Under the pieces are notes generated by a model that had not been told where the DNA came from, made no database searches, and saw only the letters and a list, made by a program, of their open reading frames with translations. Of a stretch of 64,000 bases of DNA, positions 26,721-40,569 are shown piece by piece. This DNA is from Eledone cirrhosa (Eukaryota). Where the stretch lies: the NCBI GenBank assembly GCA_964016885.1, contig OZ024745.1:37448001-37512000 (forward strand). Direction: 5' to 3'. Made by a program: the position numbers and the translations under genes. Every line of letters begins with the position of its first letter. Position 1 is the first letter of the stretch.

Positions 26721-28134
26721 AATGAAGGAAACAAAAATTGTTTTAGAAAGAGAGAACTTATTGATATAAAAGAAAACATATAATAAACATTGTTTCAGTT
26801 AATTTCATTAAAAGAAAACATGGTCTGAGGATCCTCGGAAATCATTTTCGCATACCGTCGTAGTCAACTTTGTCTTTCATCCTATCGAGGTTTATAAATA
26901 CAATACTATTTCTAAATATATCAGACCTGGAGAGGGATAAGATCCGCCCCTATGACTTCATCAAGTGTTAAGGGCCCATGCAGCTCAAACATGGTACAGG
27001 CAGTACCATTTAGTTAAACTGGCCCATTATGATGATCTACTGTACTGCAAATTAGCCGCTAAATATGGCGTCTACGAGTATTTGTAAATGTTTATCAGAC
27101 TATTTAACAGAACATGTGGTATCACCAGATCAAAATTATCGATTTTGTGAAATTAAACTAAAATGTAATAATTTATTGCATTATTAGTTTCCATAGAAAA
27201 AAAACAACCTATTCGCAACAATTCTTTTAAATAGTGTAGAAGGCGGAACTGGTGATGATTTTCTGGAGCCAAGCAGGTGATGGCTTGAAAAAGATTGATA
27301 ACGGCTGTTCTAGAATTATGATTATTATCTGCTGAGAGTAATGTACAGTTTTTGATTAAGTGAAATAATTTCAATATTCAATATAGTAGCGTCGCGCTTT
27401 GAATGAGTCGTTAGAGCGTAGAACAAAATGCCAGGCGATATTTGTTTTTTTCTTTTTCTGCTTTCTGAGTTCAAATTTTGCCAAGATCAATTTGCATACC
27501 TTCGATGTCCGTAAAAAGTAGTACCAGTCTATTACCATTGATTAGCAGAATTACTAGTGTGTCAGACGAGTTACTTCATCCGGTTCTTTGCATTCTGAAA
27601 AATCCTCTGTCTTCTACTTGGATGATAAATGTAATCCATCGGATTATTTAATGGCACCATTTGACCCATGAAGGCTTTTAGCGTAGTCCAATCTGTTGGT
27701 TGTATTTGGGCCATGGTTCCAGTTTGAAGTTATCTTCCTTCGCCTCACCAATCCCTTTCTGGTTAACCTAAAAACATTATCTGTGAATCACTATGATTAT
27801 CTGCATACAATTGATGTTTCTCTTTATAAATTGGACAATATTTTAATTATTATTCATTCAATAATTCTTTGTACCTTCATTCGCCCTTTCATATATTCAA
27901 ATATTATTATTTAAGGTGAAACGATCTAAATGTTAAGCAGTTAAGTCATTTGTATATTTTCACTGACAAATTCTGTCACTTATTCTTTCTGTTGGTATAT
28001 GATATAGAAAACAGATACAAACATTGCTCTTATTTGATGAACATCGCATCACATTGGTATATCTAACTATTTTAAGCTACTCTCGTCATCTTTTCATACG
28101 ATTTCAGTTGATTCAATAGAATTCAGACTTTGCA

Positions 28135-28390
28135 AGGCTTAGTGGTAAGGGTGCTGGATTTACGAGCATAAGGTCGTGGGTTTGATTCCTTGACTGGGTT
28201 ATGTGTTGCATTCTTGTGCAAAACACTGCATTTAACTTTGCTCCAAACGAGTACCAACAATAGCCGGTAGTTTAACCATGCGATGGAATGGGGTCCTGTC
28301 TAGTGGGGAGGCTTGTACTCTGAGTTGCTTAACACCACGGAAAATGTGATAAGCAGCGATCTAATGAACCTCTGGGTGCGTGACAAACTT
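28135..28390 (+). mobile_element. tRNA-derived CORE-like SINE
   Basis: ggcttagtggtaaggg...gggtttgattcc head and ttcttgtgcaaaacact core-like segment. Confidence 0.55.
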
Positions 28391-28459
28391 TAGACTTAAA
28401 TATAAAATTACATGATTTTTTAGGTATTTACAAGTTAACTATACAAATAAAGATAATCA

Positions 28460-28802
28460 TACACCAACAAAGCACATACACCTACAAAAACATATACTTC
28501 TACAAACATACAACCCTCTTCAAGTACACAAACTTCTACATCAGACATACTACTACAACTTAACAGATCGTCTACAATTCCAGACCTCTACAACCAAACA
28601 GACTTTTACAAATATATATAGACGTATACAAACACATATACTTGTACAAATACAGATTTCTGATACATACATAGAGTTATATCAGCACATCTATTCCTAT
28701 GAGTACAGAATTCTAGTAATATACACACACCTACAAAGACACATATTTCTTCAAATAAAGACGTCTACAAATACTGGTCTACAAACGGACATACTACTAC
28801 AG
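28460..28802. repeat. Degenerate ~20-bp tandem repeat (acatacttctacaaa-like)
   Basis: Recurring ctacaaa/ctacaa motifs at roughly 20-bp spacing. Confidence 0.5.
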
Positions 28803-30039
28803 ATAATTTCATCAATTGAGTAAAAGATAGTCACCTTAACAAAATCATGAAGACTGATTTATTATAAATATCTCCGCCCACATCGAACGTTCTGGAAAAT
28901 AATAAAGAAAGGAAAATTTAGAGAAAGCTGGATAGTTTCACACGCAAATCAGCTGTCCTCAAACGTTGAAACATACTGAACACAATAAGACAAGAATTAG
29001 TGAGACGAGACCACTACGATGAAGCCACTAATACAGCAGACTCCATACAATTCCTATAGCTCATTCTATAACAACAACCATCAACCACACGTGCACACAC
29101 GCTTCACCCAAACTATACAATATACAAAACATTTCAGCTGTCCATACAGTACTGTGTTTTTCCATTCAACTGGACCGATACACTACACAATCCAGCTGTC
29201 ATCTTTTATACTTCTTAGATTTCATTCAAAAGAAGAACGTATTACAGATACATGATTTGAAACAACAATCTGGAAACGCATTAATCATGCAATTATATCA
29301 ACCACCGTAATGTTAAGACTTACAAGCTAATACACATAACGCTGTGTCCGGCTATCGCGCCGCTTCAGCAGTTTACATATAAGCAACACTGGGCAAAGTA
29401 AAAAATTACAACTTTATGATGGAAGTGTGAGAAGTGTTATATATGTGAGGTAAACAGGGATTATTTCTCTACGAACCACGGTTTCGTTCAATCTGTCGAC
29501 GACTGTGCACGTCAACGGACAGGAAGGCAGTATAAACTATCTACTGTCACCTTTCATACTTTCAGGGATTAATATTCATAATTCTCAAGAAAAAGTTGGG
29601 GCATATATCTGCAAGTTGAAATCGGTTCGTTCTTTCCAGTAAAGATTGCGATAGGATGCTGGATAATGTGAAGTTTCTGTGAAACAAATGTTGCAAGACA
29701 TTCTATATGTTGCGGATAGCAAATCGGCCACGAGATATGATTGTTAGTTGCGATATAAGCGAGCACTTGCTGGATGAATAAGAAATTCTGGACCAACAGC
29801 CGTAAATTACTAGGTGATGTGGAAGAAGGGGTGACACCTGTAGCTTCCAAGAAAACTCTCACAACCCAGCTATGACGAGGCGAGTAAAGGCCACCTCTAA
29901 AAAAACCTCGTCTTCGCGGTGACAGATTGGTGACTGTCACAAATAAGAGCACCAAAACTGCAATATGGTGAGAGGAACGAAAAAGAACCATACCGCATTG
30001 AGTTAACAAAGGACGCGTTCAGGCCTTAGGTTGAGGGGG

Positions 30040-30640
30040 CTGCCCGAAAAAATATTTTGCAGTATCCATGCTGCAAACGTTAGACATATTTTACGTAAAG
30101 ACGAAACAATCTTTTTCAAAATAGACTAAGAAACTGGTTGATTTAGTTGTTTTCCATTTTGATATGGCATGATTGATGTACTTTGTCGATATTGGTGACT
30201 GCTTTACTCGTATGAAGTATCTCCATTACCCAGCGGTATTGAAACCATATCTTCTTTTGTAATCAATCTAAATCATACAAACCTTTCTTTACATCTTTTT
30301 GCTATTTTCTGCAATAGTTTGGTTTGCTTGAGTAAGGATATAAGAGATTTGTATGTTGTTAGCAAGTAAGTAATATGCCTATAGTTATTGATGTCCTCGG
30401 TATTTTTGTTTTGCGAAATTAGTGCTGTTTCTCCTCCAGCTGCCATTCAGGTGCTGATTCTGATCTTCTTGGCAGTTCATTGAATTCTGGCGCAATATAT
30501 CCATGGGTGCTTGTCAGGTGTTTCATCCAGATATTGGGGATCTTGTTAATCTCAGGTGCTTTCCAGATGCTTGCAATTCTTAATATGCTAGTGAGTTCCT
30601 TGCCAGCTATTGTGGGTTCTTCTTGCGGTGCTATTATAAT
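30040..30640 (-). pseudogene. R4/Dong-clade LINE RT fragment
   Basis: Minus strand WKAPEINKIPNIWMKHLTSTH...PEW...NYRHITYLLTTYK (frameshifted) matches the WKAPGxDxIxNFWxKxL / NYRPITCL pattern. Confidence 0.7.
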
Positions 30641-31840
30641 TCTTTTTTATCTTTTCCGATTCACTGTGCATTTTTATTGTGTTGAGCGGTGAGTGTTCCA
30701 TATTACCTCTCAGTATGCTTGCATATCGTTTTTTGCTTTGCTGTGTGTGTGTGTGTGTGTGTGTTTGTGTGTGTGTGGGGGGGGGGGGTCATGTGTGGTC
30801 ATGTGTGCATGTGTGTGAACTTTTGTTTTTTGGTTATTATCGCTGTAAAATATTTCGAAACTTGATGCAAATATCTTGTTCGCCAGAAAAGGCGTTAACA
30901 TGCTTTGCTTGATATGATTTATTTCAATTTTTTTTTCTTTTTGCTCCTTGTGTGTCTTAGAATCTACATTTTTCTTATTCATTTTCTTTCTTTTCAGTGT
31001 TAGATCCCTCCTTTTTCATTTCGCTAAGTAATGATACGTCTTCCCTTTCTTTTTCTTTTTTTCCCAATTTTATGTAGCATATTTTCTTTGCATTTTGGTG
31101 GAGCGGGGGCTGGACTGAGGCAATAACTCTGTTAGGATCAAACTTAGCTTACCTCAAAACTACAACAGTTAATAAATAGATCATATCTTGACATTCAGCC
31201 AGTTTTTCTCCATAACTCATACGTCTCTTTAATAGAGATCGCGATTGTTATGTATAGTGTTGGTGTTAATAAGAATGTAACACTTCAATGCAGTGTTTTC
31301 TCTGAATTTTAGTTTTGTTTTGGACGAATACATTAGATGTCCTACGTAGTGGCTTCTTCCATCTTTGTGGGTGGTTTGACCATATTTGCTTTGTGTAATT
31401 AAATTGTTAACATATCTAATTTTTTTAAATATTAAAATATTGATTTGATTTCTTTTAAACTTTCATCACCATGATCGTAATCTACACCATGGGAAATGTA
31501 TCTGCAAAATTTCATTACTACATGCTCATCATGAAAGAAATTATGAAGGAACAACGTCGGTGGGTGGACACTAAACTGTAGTTATGCCAATATATCAATC
31601 ACTTTACTGCATTATTCCGTCTTTCGTTCGTTTTTCCGGCGACAATTGTAAAACCATCAGTTAAGATCAGATAAGAAAGTCAGTGATGCATGTACACATA
31701 GCTTTCTTATAAAATGCTCACTAACAAGACATTTGCCAATACATGTATTATTATATTTTGTTTACACCTCACCCCCGTTTATTATTGTAATGTACATGAC
31801 CACATGTTTTGCAACACCGTTTGTGAGTAAAGTTTATTAT

Positions 31841-32025
31841 ATTGGCAGTATCGGTAGAGGGTCGGACGCCATGCTTAGACGCACAGAGATACGACCCTTT
31901 CCATTCTGAGTTCAAATCCCGCCAAGGTTTACTTTGCCTTTCATCCTTACGGGGGTCGATAAAATAAAGTACCAGTAATGCACTGAAAAATTGCTGGCCT
32001 TGTGCCAAAAGTAGAAACAATTATT
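31841..32025 (+). mobile_element. SINE (family C: ctgagttcaaatcccgcc...gcctttcatcctt.cggggtcgataaaataaagtaccag)
   Basis: The same motif recurs at about 8070, 20715(-), 27460, 45650-46480, 47680-47870, 54375, 55660, 59391 and 60400-60680(-). Confidence 0.75.
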
Positions 32026-33325
32026 AGCAGTATTATTAAGGGATATTATTGGCTGAAAAGTTTGAGTGTCGGAAAAATGCCAAACGTTAATTATTCCGGC
32101 CCTCTATGTTCTTAGTTCAAATACCATCGTGGTCAGATTTACTTTCCACCTTCCTGGAAGATCTTGCGCGACACAATGTGCATCAAAGAAAGACTTTTGG
32201 ATAACAGGTACAACTTATCCTTTACCAGCTGAGGTGACTAGTGCAACCTAGAATAAAGTGTCTTGCACAAAGAAACAACACGCCACTGGGAATCGAACTC
32301 ATGACCTCAACATCACCAGGCGAGCACTCTAAATTCCGAGCCATGTGCCTTTACTGAGGTTCAGTAGTTCTTTATTTAACTCTTAACATTCTATAATAAT
32401 TTAGCGGAAATTATTTAAAAACTGAAAATTTGCAGTAAACTAAAGATTTTAATTTTTTATCTTGACACTCTTATAGAGTTGTTTCATACTTTTCAAGAAT
32501 GTCTTGTTAATGTGGTTTCATATAGCACAGTATGTTAACTGTTAAGAAATAAAGCAGAAAGAAATATTTCTAACGAAATTCTGAACTTAGGACGTGGAAA
32601 GTAAGAGTATGTCAAACTTCATTTTCAGTTCCCAGTTCAGTTCGTTTCGTGCTACATTCATATATATAAGTTCATTGTGATATTTTAGTTAACCTTTCAA
32701 GGGATGTGAATCAAATACAACAGACAGAGAGATAGAGTATGAATAGATAAAAAAAATATTGAAAAAGAACCGAATATCTAATATATTGAGATTTTGGATG
32801 GAGATTAAGAATGATTAAACTGTAAGATGGTATTTCTGGAATTGAAATAGAAATAAAAAGAATTTGAGACAAAGTTAAGCTGTAAGGTATTACAGGAACA
32901 GAATGCCAGTGCTAATGGAACATTTTTGGAACATGAGGCGGTTCTTTTTAAGTAGAAAAGACAACATTCAGTAAGATAAACCATGAAAGTGAATTATGTT
33001 ACGTAGAACATTGGGACTACCTCTAAGAGGAAAAGTTAAACCAACTAACTGCGAACAAATATGTACCGGAATGTATTGAGTTTAAAAACGTAATGAAATA
33101 GTAGAGAATAATGAGAAGGCACAGTAAGAAAGATAGCTGAATAAAGCAAATAGAAAAATGAAAAATTACATAATAATTAGAAGTCTACCATGTAAAACAC
33201 AAAAATGTGAATTATCTATTTATCTATCTACAGAGAGAGAGAGAGAGAGACCTATATATATATACACACACACTTCAATGAAAACAGAAGGTCGGATTCC
33301 AAATATTCCTTTAATGTAAAGTTCC

Positions 33326-33396
33326 CACTACATATTTCTATGGTGTGCTTCCGTCTGCAGTTCATAAGGTAAGACTTTTGGCGCCATCATCAGGTG
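33326..33396 (-). ncRNA. Degenerate hammerhead motif
   Basis: Minus strand cac-CTGATGA-tgg...cca-ta-GAAA-tatg-TA-gtg, with two extra nt before GAAA. The element ends cattga into a CA/TA tract at about 33275. Confidence 0.45.
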
Positions 33397-33653
33397 TAAA
33401 TTCCAAAGTATAAATAATCAATTACTGGATTGCGGCAAACATAAATAGAGAATAGAATTGATTCGGAGACGCCACGCCAGTTAATGTGACTCTTGTGACA
33501 AACCGCATCCGCATGCCACACACACGACAATACTATGCATTGTAGGTTCATAGGCGCGAGTAAGGATGGTGGGGGTTATTCTTATTTCAGTCATTGGATG
33601 TAGGCCTTACTGGTGCACCGTCATTTTGTAATATGTATGTATATATGAGTGTC

Positions 33654-33689
<36 letters not shown>

Positions 33690-33691
<2 letters not shown>

Positions 33692-34110
33692 GGAAAAATT
33701 TGAACAGGAACAAAACAGAGAGGCAGTACAATGAATGTTTATTAATTTCACGCTCTGGAGAGTGAGGTGGTGGTGGGGAACGACGTTTCGGGGATAAGCC
33801 CTTGCTCAGGTGAGAAGTGTGTGGGAACAGAGTTCAAAGGGTGTGTAGGCGAGTGGTGGAGAGACATATAGCGAAAGGAAACGGTGCGAATGAAATTAAA
33901 AATAAAAATAAAAATAAAGCATGATCAAAATACAAGGAATGAAATAAATTTAAATATAAAAGCATGATCAAAATAAACTGAAATTAAAAGGGGGGTAAAA
34001 CAGGTGGTGGAAGGGTGTGGGGTGTGTTGGGGTGGTGGCGGGTGGAGTGGGGAGAGGGAGACGGGGTGTCCGAGCGGGGAGGGCTGAAGGTGGTGTGTGT
34101 GTGTAGGTGT

Positions 34111-34157
<47 letters not shown>

Positions 34158-35585
34158 AAAGTAAGGGTTGGGGGAAGAACGGGGTTGCATGTTCAGGAAG
34201 AGGTGTGTGTGGGGGGTGTAGGTCGGAGTGTCTGTGCGTGTGTGGATAGAGGGGTGGGGGGAGAGGAATCAGGAGGCTGAGAGTGTAAATATGTGGTGGA
34301 AAGCACGTGTGTGTGGGGTTTAAGCGTGTTGTCGGTGTAGGTGGCGTGTGGAGAAAAACATTTTTTGGGGTGTGTGTGTGGGTGAGTTATATAGGTGATT
34401 CCGTAAGAGGATGGTTGAAAAGTTGGTAAAATCCTATGATGTTTAGTGGATTCTGTGGTGGTCAAGTTCCACATACGAGTATTCCATGAAGAGATGGTCG
34501 GAAGAGGAGAGATGTGGGGTGCGCGCGCAACAGGAAGTGGTCAAGCAGTGGGAGTGCTGTGTGTCTGTTTGTGCTGGGAGGTGGTCTGAGGGCATAGCAG
34601 CAGTCGGTGGAATGGTAAAGGGCGAGGATGGGTAGGTGTGAAAGTTGGAGTGAGGAGGGTGTGTGTGTGTGTATTAGTAGAGGTGTTAGTGGGATGAGTG
34701 AGTGTGGAGCGAGGGTGTGGGTGGAGCGGGGAGAGAAGGGTGTGTGTAGTTCTATGGAGGGAGTGTGGTGTACTGGTGTGTGTGTAGTTTGATGAAGGGG
34801 TGTTAGTGGGTGTTAGTATACGAGAGGTGGGAAGGGTTGAATGCAGGTGTGAGTGGGGGTTAGTGGTGATAGGGTGTGTAGAGTTGGTGGTGTACGAGGG
34901 TGTGTGGGTACGTGTGCGTGGGGTTGGGAGGTGTTAGTGGTGTTAGTGGGGGATAAGTGTGGGGGAGGGGGGCGGTCGAAGGTTAAAGGAATAAGGGTGG
35001 GGAGTTCAGGCCGGGGGGAGTGTGGGTCTGTAAGATGAAGATAGTTCTTTGTTCGACTCTAAGGCGATTGGCGGGGGCGACGTCCCGTCTGTCCGATATA
35101 ACTAGGTTGGAGGAGGTGCAGCGAAAGGCATGCCGGACAGAGAGAGAGAGTGGCCGTTGGGACCCTGGAAGGTGGTGGTGTTGGTGATGTGGGGACAGGT
35201 GTTGCAGCGGGGCCTAGAACAGGGAAAGGAACCGGGGGAGGAAACAGAGCGTGGGTTGGGGGGTAGGGAGCTGTGGACGAGGAGGGTGCGGAGATTGCGT
35301 GCGCGTTTGAAGGAGGGGAGTGGTGGGGTTGGGAAGATGTGGGAGGTGGAGGGGTCGGACTGGAGGCGTCGGAAGAGGCGGCGGATGGTGCGGTGGAGGG
35401 GTAAGGTGGAGGGGTGGTAGGTGATGGGGAAGGGGAGACGGTGGGTGGGTGTGCGGTGGCGTGGGATGAGGGTGGTGGAGCGGGGGACAGCACGGGCGCG
35501 GGTAAGAGCGGTGTGGACGAGAGAGGGGGGTAACTTCTGCGGATGAAATGGCTGACTAGGGAAAGGGCCTGGGACTCGAAGTCAG
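33690..35585 (-). mobile_element. Decayed Penelope-like element 3' portion
   Basis: Minus-strand HFIRRSYP (cf. PLE FxxRGYP) and SYIGQTGR (second GIY-YIG motif) at about 35080-35105. Degenerate hammerhead CTGAGCA-a-ggg(cttat)ccc-GAAA-cgtcg-TT at about 33779-33808. Flanked by microsatellites. Confidence 0.65.
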
Positions 35586-35638
35586 ACACACACACACACC
35601 CACACACTCACACACACACACATATATATATGTATATA

Positions 35639-35717
<79 letters not shown>

Positions 35718-35722
<5 letters not shown>

Positions 35723-35914
35723 AACGAGTAGGACCCCGACGGCTGAGCTCAAGCCGTTTCGACGGCTAATTCTGAGTCCAGAATTAGCCGTCGAAACGGC
35801 TTGAGCTCAGCCGTCGGGGTCCTACTCGTTCCTATTACCCACTCTACTACCCTAAGTATTGAGTACTTTGGTGCGTTATGGTCCACCTGGTTCCTTACCA
35901 CATTTCTTCCGTTA
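35718..35914 (-). mobile_element. Palindrome-ended element family, copy 4 (fullest)
   Basis: Perfect 57-bp arms at 35718-35774 and 35779-35835 with a 4-nt loop (agtc), followed by the shared body and TA. Confidence 0.9.
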
Positions 35915-36304
35915 TATATATATATTATATAATAGAGTAGAGCATTAAAGTAAAATGAATAACTAAACTATACGATACAGTTCAATAGATGTTACAACAA
36001 TGAACAGGACCAAAGTCTGCAAATATGAAAAGATAGGAAGAATGCCAGCAGAATAATATATTCTAAATAAATCGACTTGTAGGGAAGCAAAGCTATTTTA
36101 AAAATATAATCATGTATAAGCATTGAGCTGGAAGACGTGTTCTTTCGTCTCAATATACCTACATGCAATTCTTAGACTATTTTGTTTCATCCATGCTACC
36201 TTTAGAATTGCTAAAGAAATGTATTTGTTCCACTCATGTAAATGTAATTCTTTATAAGGGTAACGTATGAATAGAAAACAACTGTGTAATTTTACATTGA
36301 GAGC

Positions 36305-36420
<116 letters not shown>

Positions 36421-36565
36421 GTGTGTGTTAAGTATTTCCGAAGAAACTAACTAACTAACTATATATATATATAAATATTTGTGAATAAACTATCGGAGTT
36501 TTGAGTGGATTGAAATTCTTAGACAATATAGAAAATCTCAATCGCAAAGTATAACTTTAAACACA

Positions 36566-36693
36566 GCCACTGCAGAGAATCGAACTCTGTACCTCATGAA
36601 TTCAGACCAAGCACTCTGTACCACTGAACTAAATGACAACTGACAACACCCTCCGAAATCAGGAGTCGTTCAGCTCAATGGTTCAGAGTGCTT
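36566..36693. mobile_element. tRNA-like head (minus strand) with partial inverted copy
   Basis: The reverse complement of 36566-36637 has an A box (tagttcagtgg) and T-arm cagag-TTCGATT-ctctg. 36665-36693 is an inverted copy of its 5' half. Confidence 0.55.
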
Positions 36694-36713
36694 TATATAT
36701 ATAGATATAATTT

Positions 36714-37159
36714 AGAAGCAATGATTAACCACCATTGGTCTTTAACAGCTAAGCAAGGGAGACCCTTCTATCGGCATCGTTTCTGGTTTATTAACCGTCA
36801 CCAGAGACGCTAAATCCTTCTGGGATGCTAAGACGAAAATAAGCTAAGATCGTATAAGTTTTATGCTTATGAATGTGGGCTTACGAAGGTCATTTGCATA
36901 CAGAGAAAAAGCTGCTGGGATCTAGTTATTGAGAGGAAGTGACACTCTGACATACCGTGATAGATATGTGACTGGGATTTCATATTGAAACGGCACCGTT
37001 AAGGTGCTCTCACTTTCTTGCTTACTAAAGACCAGTGGTGATTAATCACCGCTTTTAACATTTCATAACGAGGCTATAAAATGTATATTTACATGAACAT
37101 TTAATATATTATTCAATATACAATCCCGAGTCACATATCAATCAGAGAATCACTTTCTC
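36714..37159. mobile_element. Interleaved inverted-repeat element with degenerate hammerhead
   Basis: A 36714-36757 pairs with A' 37017-37056; B 36933-36989 pairs with B' 37112-37159. Minus strand CTGGTGA-cggtt(aata)aacca-GAAA-cgatg at 36775-36804. Confidence 0.6.
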
Positions 37160-37160
37160 C

Positions 37161-37230
<70 letters not shown>

Positions 37231-39850
37231 CAGCGAGATCGTATTTCGGCTGTGGTAAAAAACAAAGCGAAACGCAATTTTCGAGATATGCGGCAAGCGC
37301 TCAATGGACTAAAAGAAGACCAGAGCAATTAACATACGTTATAGAGGCCAAACAAACTGAAAACGGCGGTCATGAAGCTATCAGCCACCGGAGCCAAAAA
37401 AACGAAGCAAGCTAAACAGATTAAACAAAAGAATTTATCTGGACCTCCTGGAAATTGATGGTATAATCCAGTGGCATGTTTCTATGACACCTAAATCAAT
37501 TATACTGCCTGCTTTTATTGTAAGCTTTTGGTATAACGATCGAACAAGGCTGCCATTTCGTCAACAGGTATTTCGTTCTCAGCCGGCGAGCGGGTTCCTG
37601 TCAGTAATAGTGTTGGAGTGATTACCCCACGCGTTTACCCTACAAGGGAGGTAACCCCGATTTTGGCGGATGGATTCAGAATGTGTAAAATTATTGCAAG
37701 AATTGCAAAAAACTGCACAAATCGAATTAAGCTCTCGACCGGGATGTTTTTAAATAAACTTAAGCAATTAATCAGTTTGTCTAATAGAATTAACTAATTA
37801 ATTGCTAGGCGTATCATGACATAACCATTTCACCACGAAAATATGTATTAGAGGCATTGCCTAATTAAAGACATGCTGAAAATATTAAATCTCGACAGAG
37901 TTGTTAACACTCCCCGTATTTGTTCTGGAACTCTACACTTAGTTCAAATATCGCGCTGGTCTACATCATCCTTTCGAGGTTGATAAATGAAGCACCAGTT
38001 GAATGACAGAGGATTGCCGAAAATCCTAAAATGTCGGATGTGATGCCTTTTTTTGATGCATAGTTCTGTTTTATTTTGCGTCATTAGTTAAAATCCCGCC
38101 TTCCACTATCCAAAGTTGCAAATGGCAGATAATATTGGCAATAGAAAGACCAATAAGAACAGAGTTACCTTGGTCTGCCCTGGCGTTCGGTACATTTTTT
38201 TCTCTGGTGGCAGAATACGTAGTATAAGCTTTGTTATGACATAAAATCTTTCAAATTTTCAAGAGTAGGTATCAATCAAACGTAGTTACTATTATATTAT
38301 AAAAGTGATCCAATAATCAGAATATAGACGTAGTAGGTTCAGAAAGTGTTATTCATGTAATGCATTGATATTCTCAGATTACATATAAAGTTCTAACATT
38401 CACTGCCCAACTGCATGGAAGATTTTATTAGAAAATATATTTAGAAAGCACTTATTATTGATACTATGTCAAAGATATATGGTCTCATTTACATCAAATT
38501 AATTCTTCATATTATTGTCTATTAGAAGCATTATTTGGCCTATCCCGGATTGATAGAAAGTATCAGAAAACGTGACCATCTCTTTGGAAAGATGTATACG
38601 TATGTAAAATTTTAAATATCAAAGAATAAAATTGTGGCTTTACAACTCGAAATATATATACATAAATTTACTTTTATATTTTAAGAATTTGTTTTGAGAA
38701 ACTATCATATCTCGTAAAATGTTAAACTTTGAGGTTATTTTAGGGTAGTTGTTGTTGCTGTTGTTGTTTAGTCGTAAGTCAGTCTCGATTGAGTAGACAT
38801 ATAATCAATGTCGTTACGGTCAGGACAATACAATCTCTTCTGTATTCGCACCTGGTAGATTTAAGCCATCACCTGGTTCAACACTACCATGTTGGCAGCC
38901 TTTATCAGTTGCAAGCATTCGGGCTCAATGTCCAATTTCTTTCTTCATGCTTCCTACTTTTATCAGGGGCCCAGCAAAAAGATCAAGTGCTCGCCCTTTC
39001 GTCATGTGACTAAGCCATAAAACAATCTTGTGCTACATTATCCAGTGTATACTTCCTCTTTTAATACAGTGGAATATAATTTGATGGATATATATATATA
39101 GCGGCTATCTTTAACACGCCTGTCAAGAACGTAGATTTTATTAAATTGACCCGTTATAGAGATTGTAGCATCCATAAAAGCCAAAGACAAAATGTCAATA
39201 GGTTTCTGGGACGTACTGTAAGCTCATATAATATGGCGATATTGTTTAAAAGATGTCCAATATATCCTATTACTTTCGTATGAAGGGTAGGGATCATGAC
39301 CCTTCTCCAGGCCTCTGAGACTGAAGGTATGAAGGAAGAAAGTTATCTACAGACAGAAGATTTGGATAATGTAGGCAGCAGTAAAAAACATCCAAGGATC
39401 AGGCTGTGGTTTCAAATCAGGCAACATTTTAAATCTATCAACCAAAAAGAGGAATGGCTTCTGCATTGCGGTTACACACAATGGCCGTCTGTCAGATTTC
39501 ACTGAAAAAGCTTTGGTTAATCCGAAGCTATTGTAGACGATACTTGTCCCGTGGTACCGTACAGTGATACTAAACACCAAACAACTTAGTTGCGAAGCGA
39601 ACCATTGAAATGTATATATTTTTCTATATTTATCATAAGATCGACGTTCATGCGGTTGACTTTGTATATTGTTTTAGCAGCAACATCCTGCCACATTTGA
39701 GGGCTAAACCTTAATGATATTTTGGGACAGCTGCTTATCACTTACTTTGTTGATACAGAAACCAACTACCCAATTGTTTTCTGCCGAAGTATGGAAATGT
39801 ATTTGTTTTGCAGTCTGTTACATATATATATGTATAATAACACACACACA

Positions 39851-39969
<119 letters not shown>

Positions 39970-40009
39970 GTGTATGTATGTATGTATATACATTCTGAAA
40001 CTTTATTTA

Positions 40010-40540
40010 GTTATGTCAGTTTAACCATACATGGCTTTACCGTTTTCTCTTTAATATACAATTGTATATAGTTTTTCTTGCAAATCTTTCATTCATATTA
40101 GTTTAGCCATCCATATCTGTTTTTATGTTTTGTCTTTAATATACAAAATGTATATAGGTTCTCTTGCAAGCTTTTAACCATGACAGTTTAGTTATTCGTA
40201 ATTTTTGCTTTTCTTTAATATACGAATATATATACGTTCTCTGGCAGGGTATTTAGTTCTGTCAGTTTGGACATTCATAGTTTTCTGTCTTTTGTTTTTA
40301 AATCTATATGGGTCTTGTGACAGGGCTTTTTAGGTATGCCATATTTATAAAATCATATTTTTTTTCTATACGATTTCTTGTACAGTAACCGAGCCAGAAA
40401 TTTGGTGGTGTGAATAGTGGATTATGTCGATCCGAATACTTAACTGATTCTGCCAATTCACCCACAAATGTATAGAGATTCTCTTGCAAGGTATATAATC
40501 ATATCAGCTTAGACATCCATAAAATTTGTATTTAAAATAC
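40010..40540. repeat. Degenerate ~80-bp minisatellite
   Basis: Recurrent cagttta...ctttaatatac...tatatag.ttctcttgcaa units. Confidence 0.65.
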
Positions 40541-40569
40541 AAATGCAAATGATATCAGAGCAAATATAC

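Noticed and set aside
28860-29480. Highly decayed PLE GIY-YIG region (also a faint hint at 22050-22400)
   Set aside because: Only vague motif resemblance with many stops; not supportable without a profile search.
29569-30009. 146-aa minus-strand ORF
   Set aside because: No recognisable domain or supported splice structure; adjacent to a LINE fragment.
35718-35835. Hammerhead within the palindrome family (gccgtcGAAAcggc)
   Set aside because: No CUGANGA box and no valid stem III in any copy. Descent from a ribozyme remains only a hypothesis.
36566-36637. Functional tRNA gene
   Set aside because: Anticodon and acceptor stems pair poorly; more consistent with a SINE-type head. The same applies to the other tRNA-like heads.
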